A stretch of 24,568 nucleotides of DNA, from positions 1 to 24,568 of the forward strand of contig JBBQPO010000059.1 in assembly GCA_038217285.1 (NCBI GenBank), in the 5' to 3' direction. Numbering within the stretch: the first letter of the stretch is position 1; each line of letters starts with the position of its first letter. Under the pieces are notes generated by a model. That model made no database searches, was not told the DNA's origin, and worked only from the letters and a program-made list of their open reading frames with translations. The position numbers and the translations under genes were made by a program. Below are positions 1-9,300 of this stretch, one piece after another. The stretch comes from Chthonomonadales bacterium (GTDB lineage Bacteria; Armatimonadota; Chthonomonadetes; Chthonomonadales; Chthonomonadaceae).

Positions 1-1
1 C

Positions 2-133
2 TACTGGGTGTTCTACCATGCGATGTTCGTCGTCGGAAAGAACGGGGGCCTGCCGCCGATCGCGGCAAGTTTCCTCGCGGACATCGTCGGTGCGATAGCG
101 GGGTTCGCCCTCGCCATGCGCGCCTCTCGCTAA
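2..133 (+). CDS. LptF/LptG family LPS export permease, C-terminal fragment (5' truncated by window)
   Basis: Frame 2 reads YWVFYHAMFVVGKNGGLPPIAASFLADIVGAIAGFALAMRASR*, matching the last two TM helices and 'G.LPP..A' motif of LptF/G. TAA at 131-133. Context (LPS cluster, followed by DUF3084) is consistent. Confidence 0.75.
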   Translation, partial: YWVFYHAMFVVGKNGGLPPIAASFLADIVGAIAGFALAMRASR

Positions 134-181
134 CACGCAGAGATCGCTCTGCTCTCTTATCGCATCAGGGAGTTTCAGGTA

Positions 182-1810
182 ATGCTCTGGACAATGCTCG
201 CCCTGCTCCTCTGGATAGTATTGGGCGGGTTCATTTCCTATTATGGGGATCTGCAGGGACGGCGCTGGGGCAAACGGCGCGTCTCGTGGTTCGGCATGCG
301 TCCCAAACACACCGCCATCCTGATCACCAGTCTGACAGGCGGGGTCATCGCGTTGCTCAGTGTGCTGACTCTCTTTTTGATCGTGCCGCCCGTGCGCGAA
401 GTGTTGATGCGCGGCGAATCGGCGATTAAAGAGAACAAAGGCCTGAACGACAAGTACAAACAGGATCAGATGCTCACCGCGCGACTGTTGCGCGATGATG
501 TCAATCGGCTGCATCTCTCCCAGGTTCAACTGCGGCAGACCAGCGCTCAACTCGACCCGCTCATCAAGCAGACCGAAGAGTTGCGCAGTCAGAACGCCGT
601 GCTTATGGCGCGCAAAGCCGAGCTTCAGACACGCGCGACGATGCTGGAACAGCAGGCGCTGCATCAGGAGATCAGTGTTCGACTGGCTCAGTCCAAAATC
701 GGTCGTCTGAACCGTCTCGCCGCGAAACTCACGCTCCAAATCCAGAATGCTTCCTCCGTCAATGGGGACCTCGGCAAAGACAACATCGCCAAAACCCGCG
801 AAAACGATGCCTTGAAGCAGACCAATACGGACTTACAAACAGACATCGCAAAGCTGCAAAAAACGAAGACCGATCTTGCGGACCAAACCCGCACTCTGCA
901 GGCGAACTACGACGGGGTCAACGACGCCTATCACAAACTGCTCGATGCCAATGCCGACGCGAGTAGAGCTTTGGACACGGAGATCGCGGCGTTGAAGCAG
1001 GAGCGCGATGGCCTGGCCAAAGACCGTGAACAACTCTTCACCCAGATCGCCGGGAATAGCCATGAGTTCGCGCAGACCTACCTGGCGTTGCGAGAGACGA
1101 AAATGGCGCTGCGGGCGGGCGGCGAACTGGCACGACTCACCGTCGGCTCGCATGAGCGCCCGGAGCGTGTCCGCGCCGAACTGAACGATCTGCTGAACAG
1201 AGCTGCAGAGACGGCCAGAATGCAGGGGGCGGCGCGAGGCGAAAACGGCCGTGAAGTCGCCATTGTCACCAAACGGGTCATGACCGCAAGCGGGGCACAG
1301 AACGCCAATGAAGAGGCCAGTTTGGGAGCGTTGACGGAGAACATGACGGCCCTCGACCGCCCTGAAGTCGTGATCGCTTATGTGGTCTATAACAGCCTTG
1401 CGGGCGAACCTGCGCTGATAGAACTGAAACGGCTGCGGATCGTACCGGTCTACGCGGCAGGGGACACGGTCGCCACTCGACGCATCGATGTGCGCCGCGC
1501 CACCGATGACGTTTTCGCGGATATTCTGGAGTTCCTACAGAAGGAGGTACGAGACGCTTCTATCCGCAAGGGCATTCACCCGCGCGTCGATCCTCAGTCC
1601 GGAGTACCTGAGGTAGGTGTGGTCTCTTACAGCGAGCTTTTCCACGTCACGGAGCAGGTGCGTCGTATGGGCGGCACCATAAAGATATCGGCCATTGCGC
1701 GCCATAATCTGACATCTGCGGACGCCGTCGATGTCGTTCTCCGCGCCGAACGCGTCGCCAAGAACAGCACTGATGATGCCCCAACCGACACCCTGCGTTC
1801 TGGCAATTGA
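182..1810 (+). CDS. DUF3084 domain membrane-anchored coiled-coil protein
   Basis: N-terminal 'GGFISYYGD..G...GKRRVSWFGMRPKHTAILITSLTG' is the DUF3084 signature with two TM segments, followed by a long heptad coiled coil and a globular C-terminus. GGGGAG SD upstream of ATG 182. Confidence 0.85.
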   Translation: MLWTMLALLLWIVLGGFISYYGDLQGRRWGKRRVSWFGMRPKHTAILITSLTGGVIALLSVLTLFLIVPPVREVLMRGESAIKENKGLNDKYKQDQMLTARLLRDDVNRLHLSQVQLRQTSAQLDPLIKQTEELRSQNAVLMARKAELQTRATMLEQQALHQEISVRLAQSKIGRLNRLAAKLTLQIQNASSVNGDLGKDNIAKTRENDALKQTNTDLQTDIAKLQKTKTDLADQTRTLQANYDGVNDAYHKLLDANADASRALDTEIAALKQERDGLAKDREQLFTQIAGNSHEFAQTYLALRETKMALRAGGELARLTVGSHERPERVRAELNDLLNRAAETARMQGAARGENGREVAIVTKRVMTASGAQNANEEASLGALTENMTALDRPEVVIAYVVYNSLAGEPALIELKRLRIVPVYAAGDTVATRRIDVRRATDDVFADILEFLQKEVRDASIRKGIHPRVDPQSGVPEVGVVSYSELFHVTEQVRRMGGTIKISAIARHNLTSADAVDVVLRAERVAKNSTDDAPTDTLRSGN

Positions 1811-2213
1811 TCCCGGCAGCGCCAAATGCGGTATGGCCGTCGTACAGCGGGACGGGATCGTGCGCTTTCGTGCCGTCGTTCCTATTGGCAGGGTCGTGGC
1901 TCAGGCGCAGGAGCTGACCGTCGCGCACCGGCCAGATGTAGTGATCCTGGGTAATGGTACAGGTTCAAGGCCACTTCTTCTACAGTTACAAGCGGCGGGC
2001 CTTCCTGTCCCCCTCCTTTCAGTCGATGAGTCTCACACTTCGGAGGCAGGTCGCGTCCGATACCTTACTGCAAATCCGCCTCAGGGATGGCAACGCCTGC
2101 TGCCTGCGAGCCTCCGTACACCTCCTGTCGCGTACGACGATTATGTTGCTCTCATACTGGCCGAACGCTACTGGCAGGCGCAGGAAGCGACTGTTTCCTC
2201 CCATGATCTATAA
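1773..2213 (+). CDS. YqgF/RuvX-like RNase H-fold nuclease (resolvase-like)
   Basis: Motifs VLAIDPGSAKCG, VILGNGTGS, VDESHTS and YDDYVALILAERY. Start placed at ATG 1773 (or 1776) rather than 1731, overlapping the DUF3084 3' end. Confidence 0.85.
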   Translation: MMPQPTPCVLAIDPGSAKCGMAVVQRDGIVRFRAVVPIGRVVAQAQELTVAHRPDVVILGNGTGSRPLLLQLQAAGLPVPLLSVDESHTSEAGRVRYLTANPPQGWQRLLPASLRTPPVAYDDYVALILAERYWQAQEATVSSHDL

Positions 2214-2222
2214 GGAGCGATG

Positions 2223-3335
2223 ATGTCGCTGTTCAGTCGTCTGTTCAAACCGAAAAAGATGTCGGTCGGTGCAGGGCCACATCGGGAACTTGTCGACGCG
2301 GTCGGGCTACTTCTGTTAGCAGCACGCGAGAAACGTGACGACTCCTTACGTCGCTCCCCACGATTTGGAGAGCTGCTGGGCCTACTCTGGCAGGACGACG
2401 ATCAGGCGCTTACGACGGTTCACGACACTTTCTCTTCCATGGAAAAGCTCGATAAGGAGTATATCAAGGATCTGGCCGTGCGTCTGCGTACCGCACAGCG
2501 TAGTCCCCCTCCGAGTCCAGAAGGCCGCTATGAGGCTGTTGTCGAGGAACTGCGCGCACAGATCAAGGCGATGCCTCTCCAGCCGCTTCCGTTCTTTCAA
2601 CTCATCGTCACCGCCCCTGGAGCGACACGCCTCCTCAATGTACTTACTCTGGCGCGAATTCTGCTTCCGCCCGAACTTCACCAGCCGATCTGTGAGCTTC
2701 TTGTTGCCAATAACCGGGCCTGTCGGGGCCGCATGGACGACAGTGTGCCCTATCAGCCTCTGATTCGCGATAACATCCACCGATTTCTGGCTTTGATCGA
2801 CGCCGATGCAATGCCCCACTTCTGGGAGATGATGCGCAACGCGGCCGTCTCGGAGGAATTCTGGCCCGGTCTGCGACGTATTCAGGACATGAAAGCCATA
2901 CCCTACCTGCTGGAACTGCTGCGCGAGGCACAGGATGAAAGCGGACTGAGTGCGCTAAGCATCGCCGGACAGATGGAACTCGTTCAAGTTTTAAGAGAGA
3001 TAGGAGACCTGCGAGCAGTTCCAGTACTACTGGCAATAGAAAGGCAACAGTTGCCCTTTTCAGTAGGCAATCCGAATCCGAGCATCGCTCGGGATCCCGA
3101 TCATTCGAAAAAGTGGAGAGAGCGCAGCAAGTTGGCGCAGGTTGCGGGACAAGCGGCGCGGCACATTATCCGAAACAGCGGAGATGCACGAGTACAACTG
3201 CTGCGCCCAGCGGATGCGCTCCAAGAGGACAGTACGACCTTACTGCGTCCGACTGCGCCCGTATCAGGAACGACGACGCCCGATCAGTTGCTGCGTCCTG
3301 CGGAGGAGACGGAGAGAACGAAGCGCGCACCATGA
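2223..3335 (+). CDS. HEAT/PBS-lyase-like helical repeat protein, paralog 1, with triple LLRP C-terminal tail
   Basis: AAGGAG SD at 2212-2217 before ATG 2220/2223. HEAT-like motifs KAIPYLLELL and LREIGDLRAVPVL. Shares motif blocks with the next two ORFs. Confidence 0.75.
   Translation: MSLFSRLFKPKKMSVGAGPHRELVDAVGLLLLAAREKRDDSLRRSPRFGELLGLLWQDDDQALTTVHDTFSSMEKLDKEYIKDLAVRLRTAQRSPPPSPEGRYEAVVEELRAQIKAMPLQPLPFFQLIVTAPGATRLLNVLTLARILLPPELHQPICELLVANNRACRGRMDDSVPYQPLIRDNIHRFLALIDADAMPHFWEMMRNAAVSEEFWPGLRRIQDMKAIPYLLELLREAQDESGLSALSIAGQMELVQVLREIGDLRAVPVLLAIERQQLPFSVGNPNPSIARDPDHSKKWRERSKLAQVAGQAARHIIRNSGDARVQLLRPADALQEDSTTLLRPTAPVSGTTTPDQLLRPAEETERTKRAP
3198..3299 (+). repeat. Peptide-level repeat LLRP x3 (paralog 1 tail)
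   Basis: LLRP codons begin at 3198, 3240 and 3288 (periods 14 and 16 aa). Synonymous codons differ between copies. Confidence 0.9.
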
Positions 3336-4330
3336 AACAGTTGATCGACAGCATCGCACTGGGGCGTGAGGCATTAGAGCGGGGCGCAGGCGACCGGGGC
3401 AAAATGCCGGATTCGCCTGTCGCGACGTTGCTGGCGCTGTTGTGGCATGACGAGCGAGAGGTGCGGCAGGCGGCGGTACGATCCCTGCCCGGCGGCAGCC
3501 GCGACCACTACCATGAGATACACTACGGCTATTTCGCGGAGGCTTTTTTGCGGGAGCTGACAACGCGTTACTCGCCCGCGCCCGGTCTGCCTGCCGAACG
3601 CTACAGAGTGACTGCGGAAGTGCTCAGTGACCTGATCGGTCAGAGCGCCCGCGATATTCGCGCCATGAGCGGGATGCACTACTCTTTCCTCAGCAGTGCG
3701 CTCTATCTCGCTCTGTTCGCCACCTGCCGCGATGCCGTGCTGGCCGCTCGGCGACTCCGGTCCGGTGAGGTGCACGGAGCTTTGTGTCAGTTGCTCTGGA
3801 ATCTCTCGGCGGTAGCTGGCGTCGGACGCCTGAACCCGCAGGACACCTTGCTTCTGATGGACTTAGCGGGGCGCGCTGTGGCGGCCCTTCCGCCCGACGA
3901 GATACCGGCCTTTTGGGAGGCGCTCTCCCACCCCAATGCGACCCGCCGCAGCGCCGTGTCGCCTGCTCTGCCACATCTCTCCGACTGCCGTGCCGTTCGC
4001 TATCTCCTTGCGGCTCTGCCTCACCAGCACCCCGATGTCGCGGAGCGGATCATCGCCTGCCTGGGGCGTCTGGCGGATCCGCAGGCGCTACCGCTGTTGG
4101 GCGAGTTCAGTCGGAGTTCTGATCGGGTGTTGAAGCGGGCGGCGCAAGTCGCCATCGATACGATTCATCGCGCGCACAAGCATCATCCTGTCCAGACACT
4201 GCTGCGTCCTTCGGCTCCCAATCCTCAGGAGCTGCTGCGCTCCATCGGCACGCGACCCGACACAGAGGCCGACGCCCTCTTGCGGCCTTTGGCGGAACCC
4301 GAGCACGAAGGCAGTCGAAGATGCAAATAG
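3332..4330 (+). CDS. HEAT/PBS-lyase-like helical repeat protein, paralog 2, with triple LLR[P/S] tail
   Basis: Start reassigned from 3113 to ATG 3332 (ATGA overlap with the upstream stop, purine-rich upstream sequence). HEAT motifs RAVRYLLAAL..QHPDVAERIIACLGRLADPQALPLL and DRVLKRAAQVAI. Confidence 0.78.
   Translation: MKQLIDSIALGREALERGAGDRGKMPDSPVATLLALLWHDEREVRQAAVRSLPGGSRDHYHEIHYGYFAEAFLRELTTRYSPAPGLPAERYRVTAEVLSDLIGQSARDIRAMSGMHYSFLSSALYLALFATCRDAVLAARRLRSGEVHGALCQLLWNLSAVAGVGRLNPQDTLLLMDLAGRAVAALPPDEIPAFWEALSHPNATRRSAVSPALPHLSDCRAVRYLLAALPHQHPDVAERIIACLGRLADPQALPLLGEFSRSSDRVLKRAAQVAIDTIHRAHKHHPVQTLLRPSAPNPQELLRSIGTRPDTEADALLRPLAEPEHEGSRRCK
4199..4288 (+). repeat. Peptide-level repeat LLRP/LLRS/LLRP (paralog 2 tail)
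   Basis: Motifs begin at 4199, 4232 and 4277 (periods 11 and 15 aa). Confidence 0.9.
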
Positions 4331-5274
4331 AACCCGATTGTGCGGCGAATTCGGCCTTTCTCAACCCCGGCCCTTCGGTGTTGCCGCAGGTCATCGCCGC
4401 CTGGGATCCCACTCTGCGCGAACTCTGGAGTGCGGATGTCGCCACCGCACACAGGGCTGCTGCTTCCCTCTACGCACCCACGACGACCGATGGCGAAAGC
4501 AACGACCGCGAGCCTGAAACGATCCTCTGTTTCCAACAGGAGTTGAATCAGCGTACCCCCCGGACGCCTCCCACGCCTGCAGAACGCTACCGTGCCGTCG
4601 TGGCAGCCGTTGGGGGCCAGTTACACCGTGTACGAGAGGCTCCGACCCAGCCGTTCGTTGAGGATCTGCTCGCGGTCGCGCTGCGTCCGGTGAGCCGCCT
4701 CGGGGCCGGAACGCTGACGCAGGAGATATGCGCTGCCCTGTACGACTATCATCGCGGGGTCTGGTCACCGCATCTGACCCGCTCGCAACGATTGAAAATC
4801 GAGGCCGCGCTTGCAAATGCCCTGGCCTGCCTCCCCCCGGATGATTTAGAGGAGTTCTGGGAAAACCTGCACAGTGGGAACGCGCTGATGCGGGGCGCCA
4901 TGCGGCTCGGCCTGGAGTGGCTCACGTCCGATCATGCCGTTCCCCATCTGCTTTGTGGTCTGGACCGAAGTACCGACAGCGATACCCGTTTTGCACTTGT
5001 GGACAATCTGGCACGCATCGGCGATCCCCGCGCCCTGCCAAGGCTCTATGCGCTGCGCCGCACGGCTGCTCTCACCGACTGGCCTCTCGCACGCCGTATT
5101 TCGGCGGCGATCGGCGTTATCGAGCATCTCAACCGTGACCAAGCGCACCGGTCTCTGCTCCGCCCCGCTCAAGCTCCTCCTCAGGATCCCGGTACACTGC
5201 TCCGTCCCACTGCCGAGATCGATCCTGCCCCCGCAACCCTGTTGCGTTCGGCCGATCCCGCCCCACCCTCCTGA
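4321..5274 (+). CDS. HEAT/PBS-lyase-like helical repeat protein, paralog 3, with triple LLR[P/S] tail
   Basis: Overlaps paralog 2 by 10 nt. HEAT motifs HAVPHLLCGL and DTRFALVDNLARIGDPRALPRL. Start codon less certain. Confidence 0.75.
   Translation: MQIEPDCAANSAFLNPGPSVLPQVIAAWDPTLRELWSADVATAHRAAASLYAPTTTDGESNDREPETILCFQQELNQRTPRTPPTPAERYRAVVAAVGGQLHRVREAPTQPFVEDLLAVALRPVSRLGAGTLTQEICAALYDYHRGVWSPHLTRSQRLKIEAALANALACLPPDDLEEFWENLHSGNALMRGAMRLGLEWLTSDHAVPHLLCGLDRSTDSDTRFALVDNLARIGDPRALPRLYALRRTAALTDWPLARRISAAIGVIEHLNRDQAHRSLLRPAQAPPQDPGTLLRPTAEIDPAPATLLRSADPAPPS
5155..5250 (+). repeat. Peptide-level repeat LLRP/LLRP/LLRS (paralog 3 tail)
   Basis: Motifs begin at 5155, 5197 and 5239 (periods 14 and 14 aa). 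Confidence 0.9.
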
Positions 5275-5307
5275 AGCACAAGCGCGTCCGGACGAGAATT
5301 CAAGTAT

Positions 5308-5336
5308 TTGATTTGCGGGGGCAAATACGGTACACT
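5308..5336 (+). promoter_or_regulatory. Putative sigma70 promoter for lipA-tamB
   Basis: TTGATT (5308-5313), 17 nt spacer, TACACT (5331-5336) in an AT-richer intergenic gap. The palindrome ATTTGC-GGGG-GCAAAT overlaps it. Confidence 0.55.
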
Positions 5337-5418
5337 GAAATCCTACCTATCGTCTTATTTCGAGCGCGTGGGCAGGGGCCGAAGCGCTGACAATAATCTC
5401 TTCAAGGAACAATTTGCT

Positions 5419-6309
5419 GTGAACTCCCGCCTACCTGAGTGGCTGAAAAAGCGCGTCCCGAGTCCGCTGACCGTGGGCATGGTCAACGACATGATGCGCG
5501 AATCGAAATTGAACACCGTCTGCGAAAGCGCGCGCTGCCCGAACATAGGCGAGTGCTGGTCCAAAAAGACCGCGACGTTTATGATCCTGGGCGATATCTG
5601 TACTCGGAGCTGCGGCTTCTGCGCTATTAAGGTGGGCCGACCGCTGGAGATAGATGGCGACGAGCCGCGACGAGTCGCGGACGCGGCCAAGCAGATGGGC
5701 CTGAAGCATGTGGTCGTCACTTCCGTTGCGCGGGACGAACTGCCCGACGAAGGCGCCGGACATTTCGCGGATACTATCCGGGCGTTGCGTGCCGCCATTC
5801 CCGGCGTTATCGTCGAGGTGCTGACCCCCGACTTCAAAGGCAAACGCTGGTGCATCCGGCGCGTCGTCGAGGCGCACCCCGACATCTACAACCATAATAT
5901 CGAAACCGTCGAGCGCCTCTCTCCCACCGTCCGTCCGCAGGCGAAATATAGGCGGACCCTCGACCTGCTGCGCACCGTCATCAACATGGATCCGACCATC
6001 TATACCAAGTCGGGTATTATGCTCGGGCTTGGAGAGTCTCATGAAGAGATCCTTCAGACCCTGCGGGATCTGCGGGAGGCCGGGGTCAGCGCCGTCACGA
6101 TAGGCCAGTATCTGCGACCTACGACAGATAAGCATCTGCCGGTCGTCGAGTACGTCCATCCGGATCGCTTCGCGGAGTACGAGCGCATCGGCGATGAGAT
6201 GGGCTTTCTCTTCGTGGCGTCCGGGCCGTTCGTCCGATCCTCTTACAACGCGCAGGACTTCTCCGAGAAGCTGCTTGCGGATCGGCTCGCCCGTGTCGGC
6301 ATCGCCTGA
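5419..6309 (+). CDS. lipA: Lipoyl synthase (radical SAM)
   Basis: CESARCPNIGEC (CX4CX5C auxiliary cluster), CTRSCGFC (CX3CX2C), NHNIETV, GQYLRP and SGPFVRSSY. Start moved to GTG 5419 (AAGGA SD at 5404-5408), just before the conserved RLPEWLK. Confidence 0.96.
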   Translation: MNSRLPEWLKKRVPSPLTVGMVNDMMRESKLNTVCESARCPNIGECWSKKTATFMILGDICTRSCGFCAIKVGRPLEIDGDEPRRVADAAKQMGLKHVVVTSVARDELPDEGAGHFADTIRALRAAIPGVIVEVLTPDFKGKRWCIRRVVEAHPDIYNHNIETVERLSPTVRPQAKYRRTLDLLRTVINMDPTIYTKSGIMLGLGESHEEILQTLRDLREAGVSAVTIGQYLRPTTDKHLPVVEYVHPDRFAEYERIGDEMGFLFVASGPFVRSSYNAQDFSEKLLADRLARVGIA

Positions 6310-6337
6310 TCTCCGCATCGTCTGAAAAGAAATCGTT

Positions 6338-9300
6338 ATGCGTCGTCTGCGTCTACTGATAAATGCGCTGCTTTTCCTGGTCCCGATCTGTGTGCTCAGC
6401 ATCGGGGCCTATCGTTTCGTGCAGCGCATCTTCCGTTATCTTAATACCGACGCCCGTCTCGCGGGAACCGCTTCCGCCGAAGCGACCCGCGCTCTCGGGC
6501 GTCGGGTCGTTATCGGCGACGTCAAGATCGACGGTCATCCGTTCGGCCTGTTCGGCGCCAGTCGGATCGTTCTGAAGAATATTTTCGTTGCCGACAGCCC
6601 TACCGACGACACTACCGCGTTTGTTCGGGCAGGCAGTGTCACCATCGCGTATAGTCTACGCCAGATCCTCTCCGGCGACGCAAAGACCGCATTGGTGGAC
6701 GAGATACGGGTCGTACGCCCGGAACTGATGCTGTCGCGCGATCCCCGCGGCCTCTGGAACTTCACGCAGTTGATAAAGCCGCGGACAGGCGGCGGTCGCC
6801 CGTTTGTGGACCGTGTCGCCTTCACCGACGGAACCGTCCTCTACAACGACCAGGCGTTTCCGCATCCGCCGAAAGTCCCGGCACGGCCGCTCCGTACGCA
6901 TCTGGGCCATCTCTCCGGCATTATCCTCATCCGTCCCGATAAAAGCGTGGCCTTCGATGTCGCCGGGATCGCCACCCCCGATATCGTGAAGGAGTTCCAT
7001 GTTGTCGGCATCTTCGACCCGGCCACCCTTCGCTCCACCGTACATGTGGCCGCCAACGACCTCAGCCTGCCCTTTTTCAGCGGACGGTTCCTCCCGCCAA
7101 CCGTGGGGCGCACCACTTCCGGCTTCGCGAACCTGGATCTGACGGCGCTCTACTCTCCTGTGAACACCACGCCTCCCAACACACTGGACCCCAATGCGCT
7201 CGATGTGCATGGCGCGGTTACGTTCCGCAACGTCACGGTCAGCGTTCCACAGGCGACTGCGCCGCTTGAAGGGATGCACGGAGTCGTCTCCCTTGTCGGC
7301 CAGTCGGCGCTTACCGATATCACAGGCCGTTTTTCCGGAGCCTCCTTCCACCTGAACGGCAGCGCCTTCAACCTGCTGCGCCGTGCCCGTCACAACAATA
7401 AGATCACCTGGGAGCTTGGAAAGCCGACTCTGGCGATGAAAGGCTCCCTCCAAAACGCCGAATTCGTCCGGTTCGCCCATCTGCTGCACTACGAGAGGTA
7501 CTTCCCGAAACTGCCGCCGCAGGTCGTGGTCGCCCTCAACAAGAGCCGTGCCTCCGGAGATGCCGATTTTCAGGTCGTCGGACCACTGGACGATCCGACG
7601 GCAACCGTCAACACCCATCTGCCGACCGTACAGTACGATACGTTTCGAGGGGAGGCTGTCGAGGCGCAGTTGCTCTATGCGCATCGGATCGTGGACACCG
7701 ATATCCGCGCCCGTTACGCCGGAGGCGAGGTCGTCGTGCGGGCACGCGTCGGCCTGGACAAACCCGGCACATTTCAGGTTCAAGGACACGGCAAAAACCT
7801 GCACATCGCGCGCTTGGGCATCGATCTGCATGACACCGTCAGCGGCACTGCTCGCGTAGACTTCACGATGCGCGGCCAGATCGGGCAGACACCCAACGTC
7901 ACGGCACAGGCCGAACTGCTCGATGCCGGAGTGCATGGTCAGACGTTTCACTCCGTCTATGTGCGCGCCGAAACCGTCGGCCACAAACTGGTGCTCCGAA
8001 CTGTACGCGCGGAAGACACGAAAGGCTTCGCCCTCGCCTCCGGCACCGTCGATCTCAAGACGCAGCAGCTCAACATCAATATTGAGGCGAATGAGCTGGA
8101 TATCGGAGCGCTCGCCCAGGCCTTTCCGCTCCCGGTCATGCTTCCCCTCGGCAAAAAGCCAAATCCGGCGGACGCCGAGACGGAGCCGCTTCCTATCGAC
8201 GGTATCGGCTATCTGCGCGCGAGTATCGGAGGAACCGTAAAGGCTCCCGAACTGCGCGGCAAGCTGAGCGCTTTCGCTCTCCAGACCGATAAAAAGGATG
8301 CCAATAGCCTGCTCGCGAACAAAGCCGAGGTCTCCTTCGCACTGAATCGTGACGCACTCCACATCACGCAGGGCACGGTGGAACGCTATCCAGGGCTGAT
8401 CACGTTCTTCGGAGATATAGACGGCCTCTTCGCTGGCAAGCCGGAACTGCACCTCACGGTTCGCACGGACGATAAGAACAGACTGAGCGTCGCCGACCTG
8501 CTTCAGGTGGCGAAAATCGAAACTCCCGGCTTTCTCCTGGCAGGAACTCTCGCGACCACCGATCTTAAAATAGAGGGCACACCCAATGACCTGCGGGTCA
8601 ATACTCCCTTCACGGCCCGAATCGTGGACGCCACCATAAACGGGGTGCGGGTAGACAACGTCTTCGTCACCGCCACCTTCGACGGCACGAAACTGCACCT
8701 TTTAAAAGCAGGCGCCGACATTGCGGAAGGCTCACTTACCGCCTCTGGCACCGTGGCGAAGGACGGCACGCTCGATCTGGACGTGTCGGGCAGCCACATC
8801 GTGCTGGATAAGCTGCAGCAGACGCTACCTGACGTCATTCTGGACAATGTGACAGGCATCGCGAATGTGGAGGCGCATATCACCGGGACCATGCAAGATC
8901 CGGTGGCCGATGCGCGCCGGGTGGAACTGCTTGGACTTGCCTACAACGGCTATAACGCAGGCGATATTCGCGGTACCGCCCGCTTCGCCGACAAGACGCT
9001 GTTCGCGCAAAACTTTACGCTGACAGACGCCACGACGAACAGAGCGGTGCTCCTCGTGCCGGACCTGGCCTATCATCTGGCATCGAAGAGCTTTCAGACC
9101 GACAGACCGATCCGCCTGGACGGCATTCCCATTGCCCGTGTCCGCGATCTCATTCGCAGCCTGCCTGCTCCGCAAAACGACCCTACCTCTTCCCTGGCGG
9201 GCTCCTTCGGCCAGACCGAATTGGGCCGCATCGCCACGCAGTATATGAATAAGATGGAAGGGGCGCTGTCCGGTACGCTCAGCGTCACCGGGACCGTCGA

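Noticed and set aside
137-160. GCAGAG/CTCTGC hairpin after lptF/G
   Set aside because: Only 6 bp with an interrupted U tract, too weak to call a terminator.
3113-3331. Upstream extension of HEAT paralog 2 in the ORF track
   Set aside because: It overlaps the coding tail of paralog 1. ATG 3332 gives ATGA coupling and a length matching the paralogs.
3198-5250. LLRP repeats as CRISPR or DNA tandem repeats
   Set aside because: Only about 12 nt are similar, synonymous positions vary, and all copies are in frame within genes, so this is a protein motif.
1773-5274. Nuclease plus HEAT genes as an anti-phage defence or mobile cassette
   Set aside because: No integrase, transposase, flanking repeats, NTPase or known defence domain was seen, and the nuclease appears tied to DUF3084 in the core cluster. 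It cannot be fully excluded.
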